From NCBI GenBank assembly GCA_965203325.1, contig OZ241875.1, positions 1,344,001 to 1,408,000 on the forward strand: DNA of 64,000 nucleotides, given 5' to 3'. Below, one piece after another: positions 10,138 through 20,585 of the stretch. This stretch comes from a bacterium (GTDB lineage Bacteria > UBA8248). How positions within the stretch are numbered: the stretch's first letter is position 1; every line of letters begins with the position of its first letter. The notes beneath the pieces were generated by a model, which was not told the DNA's origin, ran no database searches, and saw only the letters and a list, made by a program, of their open reading frames with translations. A program made the position numbers and the translations under genes.

Positions 10138-11640
10138 CTAGCGCGGCATGAGGTTCCTGATCTGCGCCTCGAGCGGTTCGGTGGTGAGCCGCCGGTAGCC
10201 GAGGTGGCGGGAGAGGGAATCGCCGTCGTGGCGCTGGCCGTCGCGCCAGATTTCCGCCAGGAATCCGCCGCTCTTTTGATTGGCCCACCACTTTTTGCCG
10301 AACCTGGTCTTCAGGACTTCGGCCATCTGCGCCTGCAGCATCCACGCCCGAAGATAATTCGCGCAGTAGAAAAACGGGTCCACGTCGTCGAGATAGGAGA
10401 CGCCAGGGTATTCCACACCCGTCGCCGCGCTCAGCTTCTCCTTATAAGCGGCATCCTTGCCTTCCAGACCTGCGCCCTGATGGAGCGTCAACTCATAGTC
10501 GATTTTCGCCGCATAGCGCCTGAGCATATAGAGTTCGAAAAGCGCGTGATGCGCCAGAAACGCCGCGTAGTCCGACGCCTCCCCGCCCAGGGCGTCTTCC
10601 AGCCAGAGCGGTTCGAATAGAAGGTGATCGAAGAGCATGGCGAACCCCTCCGTCACGGAGTTGTCCCCCAGGCGCTTCCACTCGAAAGGCGCATCCGCCG
10701 CCACGCCCGCGAAATGAAGCGCGTGGCCGAGTTCGTGCCAGAACGCGCGGTAATCGTCATAACCGCCCCGGGGCCTGATGACGAGATAGACCTCATCCGG
10801 CACGTTCAAGGAAGCGCAAAACGCGCGGGGGCTCTTCAGCGGGCGGTCCTCGATGTCGAGGCGCACCCTGCCCTCCGCCGAGAGATCGAGGCCCATCGAC
10901 GCGCAAATCTCCCGCGCAGAAGTTTCGATCTTCTCCGCCGGGAAAAGAGCGTCATACTCCGCACCCCGAAAACAGTACTGCGCGTCGTGTCGCTGCGCGG
11001 ACGCCGGGGGAACCCCCGTCTGGCTCAGTTCCTCTCCCATCGCCTCGGCGTAAAGCGCTTCGGTGCGTTCGAGAAAGTGCTGCATCTCTTCACGAACAGG
11101 CTCAAGCGGGTAGCGTTTGAGCGCCGCCATCATCCCCAGGTAGCCATTGAACCCCAAATCATCGGCCATCTCGTGGGTCGTGCGATGAATTTGCTCCAGA
11201 AATTCGTTCTTATCCCCTAAGGCCTCACAGCGGGCGTTTTCCAGAAAACGCCGCTTCTCTCGGTCCGATTCGTTCAGGAGCGCGACGGCGCTTTGCCGGT
11301 AGGGGATGGATTCGCCCTCGGACGTTTTCACGGTGGTTTTGGTTTCGAAGAGAAGCGCCTGCTCGCTCAACTCCCTCGTCGCGTCGCGTATGTGGCCCAG
11401 GGTCAGAAACCCGCGCAACTCGGCCAATTTCAGGGCTTCGCCCGCATCTTCCTCCGGTCCGGCGAGGGAAGCGAACGCCTCGACGTTCTCGCGCGTGAAG
11501 AGATCGGCGTATTCGGCGAAAATCTCGCTTATGCGCACTTCTTCCTTGAGACCGGCGCCGACCTCGTACCACTCTTTTCGCGATTCGCCGAGAAAAGCCT
11601 CGGCGCGGGTCCTGATTTCCGATATTTCCATTGAATTCAT
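10138..11640 (-). CDS. M3-like (gluzincin) metallopeptidase
   Basis: KSPRAFC, HELGHALH zinc motif, downstream VTEGFAMLF third ligand. Confidence 0.72.
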   Translation of the reverse strand: MNSMEISEIRTRAEAFLGESRKEWYEVGAGLKEEVRISEIFAEYADLFTRENVEAFASLAGPEEDAGEALKLAELRGFLTLGHIRDATRELSEQALLFETKTTVKTSEGESIPYRQSAVALLNESDREKRRFLENARCEALGDKNEFLEQIHRTTHEMADDLGFNGYLGMMAALKRYPLEPVREEMQHFLERTEALYAEAMGEELSQTGVPPASAQRHDAQYCFRGAEYDALFPAEKIETSAREICASMGLDLSAEGRVRLDIEDRPLKSPRAFCASLNVPDEVYLVIRPRGGYDDYRAFWHELGHALHFAGVAADAPFEWKRLGDNSVTEGFAMLFDHLLFEPLWLEDALGGEASDYAAFLAHHALFELYMLRRYAAKIDYELTLHQGAGLEGKDAAYKEKLSAATGVEYPGVSYLDDVDPFFYCANYLRAWMLQAQMAEVLKTRFGKKWWANQKSGGFLAEIWRDGQRHDGDSLSRHLGYRRLTTEPLEAQIRNLMPR

Positions 11641-12866
11641 ATGACGGGCCGGGTGAACCCGCGCGGCAGGACGATGATGCCGGAAGGGTCGGAGACGGCG
11701 CCGGGGAAGGAATCGGCCCTTTCAATCGCCACCGAAGCGCCCGCTTCTATCTGGTTGAACCTGTCGACAATCGCTTTTTGCAGATGCGCCCCCGCCCCGA
11801 TGTGGGTGTGATCCATGACGATGGAATCGACGATCTCCGCCCCTTTTTCGATTACCACGCCGCGGCCGATGACGGAGCGCTCGATTCGCGCCCCCACAAT
11901 CTGGCATCCCTCTCCGATCAAGGCGTCTTCCACCTGCGTGGACACGATGCGGCTGCCCGGCCCCGGATAGGCGCTGGTGTGAATCGGCCAGTCGGGGTTG
12001 CTCAAGTCAAGGAGCGGCGTCTCCCCCAAAAGGTCCATCTGCGTCTCCCAGTAGCTCTTGATGGTGCCCACGTCGCGCCAGTAGCCCCTCTCCTCGGTGG
12101 GCCGAACCCCTGGAATCTCGTTTTTCATGAAATCGTAGGCGTAGAGTTTTTTACGCTCGCCGAGAAGAGCGGGGATGATCGTTCGCCCGAAGTCGTGCTC
12201 CCCCTCACGCGCCGCATCGCTGATGAGCGCATCCATCAGCACCTGGGAGGAAAACACGTAGTTTCCCATCGAGCACAGCGCGCGCGAGGGATCGCCCGGC
12301 ATGGGGCGGGGGCGGGCGGGCTTTTCGTCAAAACGCTCCACTCGTCCCTCCTCGTTCACGGCCAGCACGCCGAATTCCCGGGCGTCTTCGACCGGCGCTG
12401 GCAGGGCCGATATCGTCGCGTCCGCCCCGCTTTCGAGGTGAAAGCGAACCAACTGGCTCACGTCCATGCGGTAGATGTGGTCCGCCCCGAACACCAGCAC
12501 GATATCGGGCGCATTGTCGGTCACCAGGTTCCTGTTCTGATGGATGGAATCGGCCGTGCCCTTGAACCAGAACTCGCCTGCGCGCTGCTGGGGCGGAACG
12601 GCCGTCACGAAATTCTTGCCGAGCGTTCCGCTGATGTTCCACGAGCGCCTCAAATGCTCGATCAGCGATTGCGCCAGGTACTGCACCAGCACGTAGATGG
12701 ACTGATAGCCCGAGTTCACCAGGTTGCTCAGCACGAAGTCGATGATGCGGTATTTCGAACCGAACGGAACGGCCGGCTTGCCGCGCGCGACCGTGAGGGG
12801 GCGGAGCCTGTTTCCGGCGCCGCCCGCCATGACGAAAGATATGACTCTGGGATCACGCGAATCCAA
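11637..12866 (-). CDS. glgC: glucose-1-phosphate adenylyltransferase
   Basis: MAGGAGNRLRPLT..RGKPAVPFG, GTADS, ADHIYRMD, YWRDVGT; TTG start at 12866 behind AGAGGAG. Confidence 0.95.
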   Translation of the reverse strand: MDSRDPRVISFVMAGGAGNRLRPLTVARGKPAVPFGSKYRIIDFVLSNLVNSGYQSIYVLVQYLAQSLIEHLRRSWNISGTLGKNFVTAVPPQQRAGEFWFKGTADSIHQNRNLVTDNAPDIVLVFGADHIYRMDVSQLVRFHLESGADATISALPAPVEDAREFGVLAVNEEGRVERFDEKPARPRPMPGDPSRALCSMGNYVFSSQVLMDALISDAAREGEHDFGRTIIPALLGERKKLYAYDFMKNEIPGVRPTEERGYWRDVGTIKSYWETQMDLLGETPLLDLSNPDWPIHTSAYPGPGSRIVSTQVEDALIGEGCQIVGARIERSVIGRGVVIEKGAEIVDSIVMDHTHIGAGAHLQKAIVDRFNQIEAGASVAIERADSFPGAVSDPSGIIVLPRGFTRPVI

Positions 12867-12892
12867 TATCCGGCTCCTCTGTTCGATTCGTC

Positions 12893-14353
12893 TCAACGCG
12901 GCTGCGGGCGCATCGCCTTTTCGTACAAATCGACGTAGCGCGGCGCGACGCCGTCCCAACCGGAGTCCTTCTCCATCGCGTTGCGCATCATCATACGCCA
13001 AAGGCCCTGATCCAAAAACACCCGGCAAATCCTCTCCATCCCGGTGAGGAAATCAGCCGGGGCGAACGCGTCGAAATGGAAGCCGGTGTCGACATCCGGG
13101 TCGGGCGTGGGCGATGAGGAAACGGAATCCGCCAATCCGCCGACCCGCCGCACGTAAGGCAGGGTTCCGTAGCGCATGGCGTACAGCTGGTTCAGGCCCG
13201 AAGGCTCATAGCGTGAGGGCATGAGCAGGACGTCGCCGCCTGCGTACATGCGGTGGGAGAGCGCCTCGTCATAGGCGGGCACGAAGGCCACCCGGCCCGG
13301 ATGGGTCGAAGCGGCCTCGGTGAGGCCATCTTCCAACGCCTCCTCGCCGGTTCCCAGAACGGCCAGGCTAACGCCCAGCCTCATCCATTCATCCATCGTT
13401 TCGAGGATCAGGTCGATTCCCTTCTGATGCGCCAGCCGCGAGACGACGACGCACAATGCCCCCCCCGCGCCTGCGTCCAGCCCCAGTTCCTCCAGAAGCG
13501 CCGCCTTGCACTTCGCCTTGCCCTCCGGGCGCGCGATCGAGAACGGAGCCGGAACGTGGGGGTCGGTCTCCGGGTTCCAGACCGCATCGTCGATGCCGTT
13601 CATGATGCCGAACAAAGAATCCCTTCTGAGAGCGACCACTCCTTCGAGCCCTTCTCCCTGCTCTTCCGTCAGCATCTCCTGCGCATAACGCTCGCTCACG
13701 GTGGAGACCGCGCCGCTGAACAGGATGCCGCCCTTCATGAAGTTGACGTCGCCGTGAAACTCAAGCCCCTCCATGCCCATCGCCTCATCGGGCAGACAAG
13801 TGTGCGCGAAATCATCCGGCTGGAACCGGCCCTGGTACGCCAGGTTGTGAACCGTGAAAACACTGGAGACCCCGCGCCATTTCGCATCGTCAGCGCGGCG
13901 ATACTGCAGCAAGGGCGGTATCAGGGCGCTTTGCCAGTCATGGCAGTGGATGATGAACGGATACGCTTTTTCGCTCTCCATGTGGGAGAGCGCGCCCCGG
14001 GCGAAACGGGCGAAGCGCTCCGCGTTGTCGGGAAACGCTCCGCGCGCATCTCCGTAGAATCCATCCCGATCGAACAGATCGTCAGCGGCGACGAGTCTGA
14101 CCGAAACCCCCTCGTGTTCGAGCGAGAAGACATCGTAGGGCGCTTCGGCAAAGACGTCTGCGACCTGCGCGGGAGAACCGGGGTCATATTCATTGAGAAC
14201 AGCACGGTACGCGGGCAGGTAGACGCAAACCCGGTGGCCCATCCTCGCCAGGGCCAAAGGCAGCGCGCCGATGACGTCGCCCAGCCCGCCAGATTTGGCG
14301 AAGGGAAACATCTCGCTCGCCACCATGGTGATCTCGATCGGTTTGTCCGTCAT
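12893..14353 (-). CDS. glgA: glycogen synthase
   Basis: ASEMFPFAKSGGLGDV, HCHDWQ, TVHNLAYQG, MPSRYEPSGLNQL; start taken at ATG 14353. Confidence 0.95.
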   Translation of the reverse strand: MTDKPIEITMVASEMFPFAKSGGLGDVIGALPLALARMGHRVCVYLPAYRAVLNEYDPGSPAQVADVFAEAPYDVFSLEHEGVSVRLVAADDLFDRDGFYGDARGAFPDNAERFARFARGALSHMESEKAYPFIIHCHDWQSALIPPLLQYRRADDAKWRGVSSVFTVHNLAYQGRFQPDDFAHTCLPDEAMGMEGLEFHGDVNFMKGGILFSGAVSTVSERYAQEMLTEEQGEGLEGVVALRRDSLFGIMNGIDDAVWNPETDPHVPAPFSIARPEGKAKCKAALLEELGLDAGAGGALCVVVSRLAHQKGIDLILETMDEWMRLGVSLAVLGTGEEALEDGLTEAASTHPGRVAFVPAYDEALSHRMYAGGDVLLMPSRYEPSGLNQLYAMRYGTLPYVRRVGGLADSVSSSPTPDPDVDTGFHFDAFAPADFLTGMERICRVFLDQGLWRMMMRNAMEKDSGWDGVAPRYVDLYEKAMRPQPR

Positions 14354-14495
14354 CCCGCCTATTCCAGGGTTTATGGGCTCCTCGCCCTGCCGCCTTACGC
14401 CCTCGACAATCCGAAGCATTCGGCAATCTATACATGAATCATATCGTGTATGTTACAATCGAATGAAGGGTTTATGAAAAAGGCGTGGAGGTTCC

Positions 14496-14903
14496 ATGCG
14501 TTATCTGGTGCGCGGAAAAGTCATCGAGGGCAAGAGCGCCGCCCTGCTCGAAGCCATCGAATCGGGCGAACTCGGGCGAGGCTCCATCGCGCACCGGACG
14601 TTTCTCAAGTGCATGAAAGAGGCGAGGCTCACCGAGAAAGGCCAGGTTCGCTGGCTTGAGGTCTGCTACTGCCGCGAGGCGTTCGGGCCGGGTTATGAGC
14701 TGTATGAGGAACTACCCTACTGGGAGGCGTATTTCGAGGAGATCGACGTGCGCTTCGCCCGCAAACTTGAAGATTGCGAAGGCTATCCCGTCTGCGGCGA
14801 TTGCGACTGCACGGAAAAGCTCGAGGCGAAACTCGAAAAACTGGGAATTCCCTTCTTCAAGCATCTGAAAGAAACCGCATCCTCCCCTGAAGCTTCAACT
14901 TGA
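14496..14903 (+). CDS. hypothetical Cys-rich protein
   Basis: 135 aa, GGAGG RBS, CYC and CxxxxxCxxCxC clusters. Confidence 0.7.
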   Translation: MRYLVRGKVIEGKSAALLEAIESGELGRGSIAHRTFLKCMKEARLTEKGQVRWLEVCYCREAFGPGYELYEELPYWEAYFEEIDVRFARKLEDCEGYPVCGDCDCTEKLEAKLEKLGIPFFKHLKETASSPEAST

Positions 14904-15881
14904 ATCGGCCCACCGGGACGGTCCCTGGCTCTTGGTGAGCTTCCACCTGTCATGGATCCATAAATACTGCTCCGGTCCTTTTCGGACTAATTTTTCCGTC
15001 TCCTCGTTCACCAACTTTGTAAGCCTCTCCATCTCTTGCTTCGCACTTTTTGCGTTCATATCGGGCGCTATCGGCTCGCTCAGCAATATCTCATAGCGCC
15101 GGGCGTCGCCTTTCCTCAGGCACGAGATGAGAACGAGGGGCCGGTTGTACAAAACCGCGAGTGCTGCGGGAGCGGGCGTCGTCCTGGCGGGCCTGCCGAA
15201 AAACGGCGCGTCAATCCCCTCGCCTCCCGCGTTCTGATCCGCCAGAATCGCCACCGAGCGGCCCTTGCGCAGCGCCTCGCGCAGGTGGAAGAAGGCGTTT
15301 TTCTTCGAAAGAATCTCCTGCCCCGACGATGCGCGCATTTCATACAGCGAGGCTTCGAGCTTTCGGTTGTCCAGGGGACGCACGGGGACGGTGAGCGGAA
15401 TCCCCGCCAGCGCGCCGGCATGGGCGAGAAATTCCCAGTTCCCCAGATGCGGCACGACGAACACGCAGCCGCCCGCATCTTCGTGAATCGCGCGCACCTT
15501 ATCTATCGTATCCTCCGCGTCGTCCACTATCTCGCGCACCGTTTTCTCCGCGCGTCGCAAGTCGAAGCGGGTGAGAAATTTCGCTCCCTCCAGACAGGTG
15601 AGGATGAACGAACGGCAACTGCGCCTCGCAAGATTCAGGCGCTGCGCCTCGTCGAGTTCGGGGAACGCGATGCGCAGGTTGGCGCGCGCGATGCGCCTTC
15701 TCCTGGGAGCGAACCGGAAAATCGCCTCTCCCGCGGCGGCGGCGACCGCGCGGCAGACACCGTAGGGCAGCAGGCGGATCAACCTCAGAAACGAAGCGAT
15801 CACGGCGTATTCCACCCATTGGTGAAGCGCGCCCTTGTCCTTGCTGCGCTTTCTCCCGGGGCGCTTCGCGGATTCGTTCAC
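14895..15881 (-). CDS. lipid A late acyltransferase family (LpxL/HtrB-like)
   Basis: HLGNWE, ILADQ, PFFGRPA, PEQYLWIHDRWK; GTG start overlaps upstream stop (GTGA). Confidence 0.88.
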   Translation of the reverse strand: MNESAKRPGRKRSKDKGALHQWVEYAVIASFLRLIRLLPYGVCRAVAAAAGEAIFRFAPRRRRIARANLRIAFPELDEAQRLNLARRSCRSFILTCLEGAKFLTRFDLRRAEKTVREIVDDAEDTIDKVRAIHEDAGGCVFVVPHLGNWEFLAHAGALAGIPLTVPVRPLDNRKLEASLYEMRASSGQEILSKKNAFFHLREALRKGRSVAILADQNAGGEGIDAPFFGRPARTTPAPAALAVLYNRPLVLISCLRKGDARRYEILLSEPIAPDMNAKSAKQEMERLTKLVNEETEKLVRKGPEQYLWIHDRWKLTKSQGPSRWADSS

Positions 15882-17176
15882 TGCGCGGCGACGATGGTCG
15901 CGGAGGATTGCCCGCCGATGCCGTGACTCAGGGACAGGAACGCGGCCCCGGCGACGGCGCATTCTTCGGTGGGGATGTGGAGGGCCTCGAAGGCATCGTC
16001 TTTTTGCTCAAAGCCCGGCGTGGGCGGAAGGCGGCCCTCTTTGAGGGCGGAGAGTCCCAGCACGATCTCGGCCAAATCGCTGGCGGAGCCCATGTGTCCC
16101 GTATAGGGCTTCCAGCCAGCAAGCGGAACCGGGTCCTTCGCCATATCGCCGTATTCCAGCAAGGCGGAGAGTTCGCCCGCGTCTCCCAGGGGCGTCGCAC
16201 TCCCGTGGGGAAGAACGAAGGCCAGATCATCGCTCGTGACGCCCGCCTCGGCCACCGCCGATTCCACCGAATGGCGCACCGCGCCGGTGGGAACGGGAAT
16301 ATAGCGCTCAGAGGAGTATTCCTGGCAGTTCGCCGTCCCCAGAACGCGGCCCAGGGGCTTCGCGCCCCGCGCACGGGCGGATTCGGCGCTCTCGAGCACC
16401 AGGGCGGCGGCGCCCTCTCCGGGGAAGAATCCATCGCGTCTTTTATCGAAGGGCCGGAACGACGCGGCCCCATCTTTCGCCCGGGAGAGAATGCCCAGCC
16501 CGTCGAGTTCCAGGAGCACCATGGGGTGCGCCCAACTCCCGCAGCCCACGACGAGGCCGACGTCGGCCTCGCCGAAGCGAAGCACGCGATCGCAATTCTC
16601 GAGCGCCTGCGCGCCGCAGGATGAAAGGCTGGAAAAACTGCCGTTCGGCCCCATGAACTCGTAGATGCCCGAGAGATAGCTGAAAAGATTGTTGGGCAAT
16701 CCCTCGAGCAGGAAAAAAGGGCTTACCCTGTGGAGCGACGCCTCGTTGAGGGAGGCGGGTTCGGGCGCGTCCCACGTCTCGCCGGCCGTTTGTTTGAGAG
16801 CGGCATAGAAATCCACATAGCCCACCCTCGTAAAATCACCCGAACCGACGTAGAGGGACTTTCTCTCGGGCGCCACCTCTCCCATGTCGAGACCAGAGCA
16901 GGCCACCGCCTCGGCGGCGGCGTAAAGCCCCAGGATGGAGCTCCTGTTCAGGAATTTGCGCTGGCTCGCGAGTTTGGGCGGCACCTCGGGCGGGTCTTCA
17001 TGGCCGGGGATGGCGCCATGGTAGGCGAAATTATCCGGAAGAGAACCGTTATCCTCGCTTGGATGACAGGCGACCCCGCATTTTCCGGCGCAAAGCGACT
17101 CCCAGTTTTCCCCGGCATTCTCGCCTATGGAAGTCAGCAACCCCACGCCCGTAATCCAGACTTCCTCGCCTCGCAT
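15878..17176 (-). CDS. beta-ketoacyl synthase-like protein, catalytic Cys apparently replaced by Ser
   Basis: KS motifs (ITGVG, RPFDKRRDGF, HGSAT, GH); active-site loop SFSSLSSCGAQA versus TITSACAAAGQA in the intact paralog. Confidence 0.8.
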   Translation of the reverse strand: MRGEEVWITGVGLLTSIGENAGENWESLCAGKCGVACHPSEDNGSLPDNFAYHGAIPGHEDPPEVPPKLASQRKFLNRSSILGLYAAAEAVACSGLDMGEVAPERKSLYVGSGDFTRVGYVDFYAALKQTAGETWDAPEPASLNEASLHRVSPFFLLEGLPNNLFSYLSGIYEFMGPNGSFSSLSSCGAQALENCDRVLRFGEADVGLVVGCGSWAHPMVLLELDGLGILSRAKDGAASFRPFDKRRDGFFPGEGAAALVLESAESARARGAKPLGRVLGTANCQEYSSERYIPVPTGAVRHSVESAVAEAGVTSDDLAFVLPHGSATPLGDAGELSALLEYGDMAKDPVPLAGWKPYTGHMGSASDLAEIVLGLSALKEGRLPPTPGFEQKDDAFEALHIPTEECAVAGAAFLSLSHGIGGQSSATIVAAQ

Positions 17177-17179
17177 CGC

Positions 17180-17641
17180 TCATCCCGCCTGGCTCAACCG
17201 AATCTCGCGTCCGAGAACGCGAAAATGATGGCGCTGCTCCTCGGGATCCTCATAATCCGCGAGCGGCACCGCCTTTCCGCCAAAATCGGCGACCACCCGA
17301 CGCTCGCCCTCCACGGTGGCAACGCCCCGGAAGTTCTTGAGACCGTCTTCCTCTCCCCGCGCCTCCACGTTCAGGAGGACCTGATCCCCCGGAAAGGCGA
17401 ATCCATAGTACCTGACGCTTCGAACCTTTTCCAAAAGAATCCACCGGGTGAAATCGGATTCCGCCGCTTCGAGCCAGCCTGCCAGCTGCACCAGGCCTTC
17501 GAATATCAGCGCGCCCGGCATGACGGGAAACCGGGGAAAGTGAAACTCAAGAAAATCCTCGCTCATCGTAATGTTCTTCACCCCTTCGATGGAGGCCCCC
17601 GCCTCCCACGCCGTTACCCTGTCCACAAGCATATATCTCAA
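17180..17641 (-). CDS. FabZ-like 3-hydroxyacyl-ACP dehydratase
   Basis: MRYMLVDRV, HFPRFPVMPGALIFE. Confidence 0.88.
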   Translation of the reverse strand: MRYMLVDRVTAWEAGASIEGVKNITMSEDFLEFHFPRFPVMPGALIFEGLVQLAGWLEAAESDFTRWILLEKVRSVRYYGFAFPGDQVLLNVEARGEEDGLKNFRGVATVEGERRVVADFGGKAVPLADYEDPEEQRHHFRVLGREIRLSQAG

Positions 17642-17650
17642 AACAAACTC

Positions 17651-18067
17651 CTAGCCGGCTTCTTCCGGCGCGTCTTCGCCCAGGAGAATCACCTGTGCCA
17701 CCGCCAACTCCAGCGTATGGCTCATCGAAATCGTTAGCTGATTGATCTTCTTTCGTGCGCTCATGCGCTCCATCGAACCGCTAAGCTTGAGGCTGGGCTT
17801 TCCCGATGCCGCCGATTCCACTTCGATCTCGCGCAGCCGGCCCCTGCCGCCCAGTCCTCCCGGTTCGGATATCCCGAGGCCGAAGGCCTTGAGGCAGGCT
17901 TCTTTCGCCGCGAAGCGGGCAGCAAAGTGGGGATAGGGATTCCGGCGCTTCAGGCAATACGCCCGCTCGGCTTCGGTGAACACGTCCTCGCCGAACGCTT
18001 CGTGGCGTTCGTAGGCCTCCTTCAAGCGCGCAACCTCCACTAAATCCACCCCCTGGTACAGACGCAT
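17651..18067 (-). CDS. acpS: holo-ACP synthase (phosphopantetheinyl transferase)
   Basis: GVDLVE, FTEAE, ARFAAKEACLKA, GKP, ISMSH. Confidence 0.92.
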   Translation of the reverse strand: MRLYQGVDLVEVARLKEAYERHEAFGEDVFTEAERAYCLKRRNPYPHFAARFAAKEACLKAFGLGISEPGGLGGRGRLREIEVESAASGKPSLKLSGSMERMSARKKINQLTISMSHTLELAVAQVILLGEDAPEEAG

Positions 18068-18085
18068 CCCGAATATCCCCCGCAC

Positions 18086-18838
18086 TCAGCCGGTGAGCAG
18101 ACCGCCGTCCACGGCTATCGCCTGTCCGTTGATGTAATCCGACTCCGCCGAAGCCAGGAAGACCACGAGCCTGGCCACGTCCTCTGGTTCGCCGAAGCGG
18201 CCCGCCGGTATGCGTCCCATAATCACGTCGCCGCCCTTCTCGCGCACGCGCTCGCTCATGTCGGTGACAATCATGCCCGGCAAGATGGTGTTGAACTGGA
18301 TGCCCCTCTTTCCCATCTCGGCGGCGCAGGCGCGCATGAAAGCGATGATGCCCGCCTTGGCGGAGGCGTAGTTCGTCTGTCCGGCCCCGCCCGAAACCCC
18401 CATGACGGAGGAGATGCTGATCACCTTGCCGGAGCGCTTCCGGAGCATGATCTCGCCGGCCGCCTTCGTGCAGTGGTAAGCGCCGTCCAGGCTCACGCCG
18501 AGCACCTTGCGCCAGCCTGCGGGCTTCATGGTGAGCAGCAAGCCGTCCTGTATCACGCCCGCGTTGTTGACGAGAATATCGAGCGTGCCGAAATCCTCTT
18601 TTACCTGCTCGAACATCGCCGATACGTCCTCGAAAGAGGAGACGTCGGCCTGGTAGGTATTCGCCTGCCCGCCGGCCGCCTCGATCTCCCCCCTCAACTC
18701 CTCGGCGGCCTCCGCCGAGCGGCTGTAGTTGATCGCCACCGAAGCGCCCGCCTCGGCCAGGGCCGTACAGCAGGCGCGCCCGATGCCCCGCCCGCCTCCG
18801 GTCACCAGCGCGATTTTTCCGCTCAAATCGATTTTCAT
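18086..18838 (-). CDS. fabG: 3-oxoacyl-ACP reductase (SDR)
   Basis: TGGGRGIG, NNAG, GQTNYASAKAG, IPAGRFG. Confidence 0.9.
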   Translation of the reverse strand: MKIDLSGKIALVTGGGRGIGRACCTALAEAGASVAINYSRSAEAAEELRGEIEAAGGQANTYQADVSSFEDVSAMFEQVKEDFGTLDILVNNAGVIQDGLLLTMKPAGWRKVLGVSLDGAYHCTKAAGEIMLRKRSGKVISISSVMGVSGGAGQTNYASAKAGIIAFMRACAAEMGKRGIQFNTILPGMIVTDMSERVREKGGDVIMGRIPAGRFGEPEDVARLVVFLASAESDYINGQAIAVDGGLLTG

Positions 18839-18855
18839 TCCGTATCACCTCTCAT

Positions 18856-20121
18856 CTAGGCCGCCTTTCTCACGAGCAAGGTGGCGTTTTGCCCGCCGAA
18901 ACCAAAGGAATTCGTGATGGCGGCGGGCACGGGCATCTCCCTCGCCCCCCCGGCCACATAGTCGAGATCGCACTTCGGGTCCGGGTTCTCAAGGCACGTC
19001 GTAGGATGCACGATATCGCGCGCGACGCTCAAGGCCGTGAAGATGAACTCGGGCGCGCCGCAGGCGGCGATGAGATGCCCGATCATGGATTTGGACGAAC
19101 TCACCGCCAGCGCATCCGCCCGCGCGCCGAACACCTCGCGAATCGCCCTGGTCTCGACCGGATCGTTGAGCTTCGTGCCCGTGCCGTGCGCGTTGACGTA
19201 GGCGACATCATCAGGAGCCAGGCCCGCATCCTCCATCGCTTCGCTCATCGACCGAACGGCGCCCCGCCCTGCCGGGTGCGGCGCCGTCACCTGATGGGCG
19301 TCCATGCTCGCGCCGTAGCCCGATAGAACAGCGTAGGGCGCAGCGCCCCGCGCGCGCGCATGGTCTTGCGATTCCAAAACCACCACGCCCGCCCCTTCGC
19401 CCACGGCGAGACCGGAGCGTCTTCTGTCGAAAGGACGGCAGATGGGGTCTTTCGATTTGGAGGCCGCGCCCAGCAGGAGGAATATGGCCATCCCGACGGG
19501 ATGGATCATCGAATCGGCCCCGCCGCAAAGAACCACCTCCGCCTCGCCCCTGCGGATCATGCGCATCCCGATGCCAATCGCCTGCCCCGCCGCTGCGCAG
19601 GCGGAGGTGATGGTGCCTGTGGGACCGGCGAGTTCGAACCACTCCGCCATCAGGGAGGTCGCACGCTCGGGCGGGTTGTTGAAGTAACCGGAGGCTTGCG
19701 TCATCTCAAGCTCTTCAGCGAAGCGGGCGGCGTCGAAGCCGTTTTCAGGGTCCGCCCAGGCGGCGAAATCCTCCAGCCGGTAGCTGCTCAGCCCGGTTCC
19801 CATCACCACGCCCGCGCGCTCGGGGGCATAATCGCCGGGGCGCATTCCGGCGTCCGTCATCGCGTTCTGCGCTGCGTCGAGCGCGAACAACACCCTGCGC
19901 TCCCCCTCTCCCGCATATTCCTCGGGAAGCCTCTCCCTGATGGCGCGGAGCGTCTCCTCTGAAACCTCGCCCGCTCCGGCGACGGGCAGCGCTTTCGCAT
20001 CGAAAGACGTTATCGGCGCGAGGCCCGATTCGCCGGCCAGCGCCCGCCGCCAGCAAGTCTCCACGTCGGCGCCGAGGGAGGTCACCATGCCGAGTCCGGT
20101 GATGAATACCTGTGCGCTCAT
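18856..20121 (-). CDS. beta-ketoacyl-ACP synthase II-like, intact Cys-His-His
   Basis: TSACAAAG, NAHGTGT, KSMIGH, NSFGFGGQN; ATG at 20121 overlaps upstream stop. Confidence 0.9.
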   Translation of the reverse strand: MSAQVFITGLGMVTSLGADVETCWRRALAGESGLAPITSFDAKALPVAGAGEVSEETLRAIRERLPEEYAGEGERRVLFALDAAQNAMTDAGMRPGDYAPERAGVVMGTGLSSYRLEDFAAWADPENGFDAARFAEELEMTQASGYFNNPPERATSLMAEWFELAGPTGTITSACAAAGQAIGIGMRMIRRGEAEVVLCGGADSMIHPVGMAIFLLLGAASKSKDPICRPFDRRRSGLAVGEGAGVVVLESQDHARARGAAPYAVLSGYGASMDAHQVTAPHPAGRGAVRSMSEAMEDAGLAPDDVAYVNAHGTGTKLNDPVETRAIREVFGARADALAVSSSKSMIGHLIAACGAPEFIFTALSVARDIVHPTTCLENPDPKCDLDYVAGGAREMPVPAAITNSFGFGGQNATLLVRKAA

Positions 20122-20570
20122 GCCGTCTCCTCGAACGCCAGCCAGCCGTAGTTCCTGAAGCGCTCCTTGAGGCCTTCGGGATCGTCGTTGGGAAAGTGGG
20201 GATACACGAACCGCTCGGCCCTGGCCACCGCGACGCCGTCTTTTTCGATACGCGCGCGGCACAGGCTCGCCCGTTCGTTCGTATCGATAATCTCGCCATG
20301 AACCTCCACGGTTACGCCCGGACGCAGGTCGCTCGCCACCTCCACGTCGTCTATGAGCGATATGACGCACGAGGTCTTGAAATCATACGTGTAGATCACG
20401 AGCCACCCCGTGATCTGCGCCATCGCCTCGATGAGGATCGATCCGGGCACGCGGGGGGCGCGCCGGAAATGGGCGTTCAAATATGCTTCCGAAAGCGGAA
20501 ACGTCTTGACGCCCACGATGCGCTCGCCGCGCACCATCTCCTTGATCTGATCGAAAAAGAGAAACCGCAA
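20118..20570 (-). CDS. FabZ/FabA-like dehydratase
   Basis: RFLFFDQI, HFRRAPRVPGSILIEAMAQ. Confidence 0.85.
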   Translation of the reverse strand: MRFLFFDQIKEMVRGERIVGVKTFPLSEAYLNAHFRRAPRVPGSILIEAMAQITGWLVIYTYDFKTSCVISLIDDVEVASDLRPGVTVEVHGEIIDTNERASLCRARIEKDGVAVARAERFVYPHFPNDDPEGLKERFRNYGWLAFEETA

Positions 20571-20585
20571 TTTCCCGTTCCCCCG

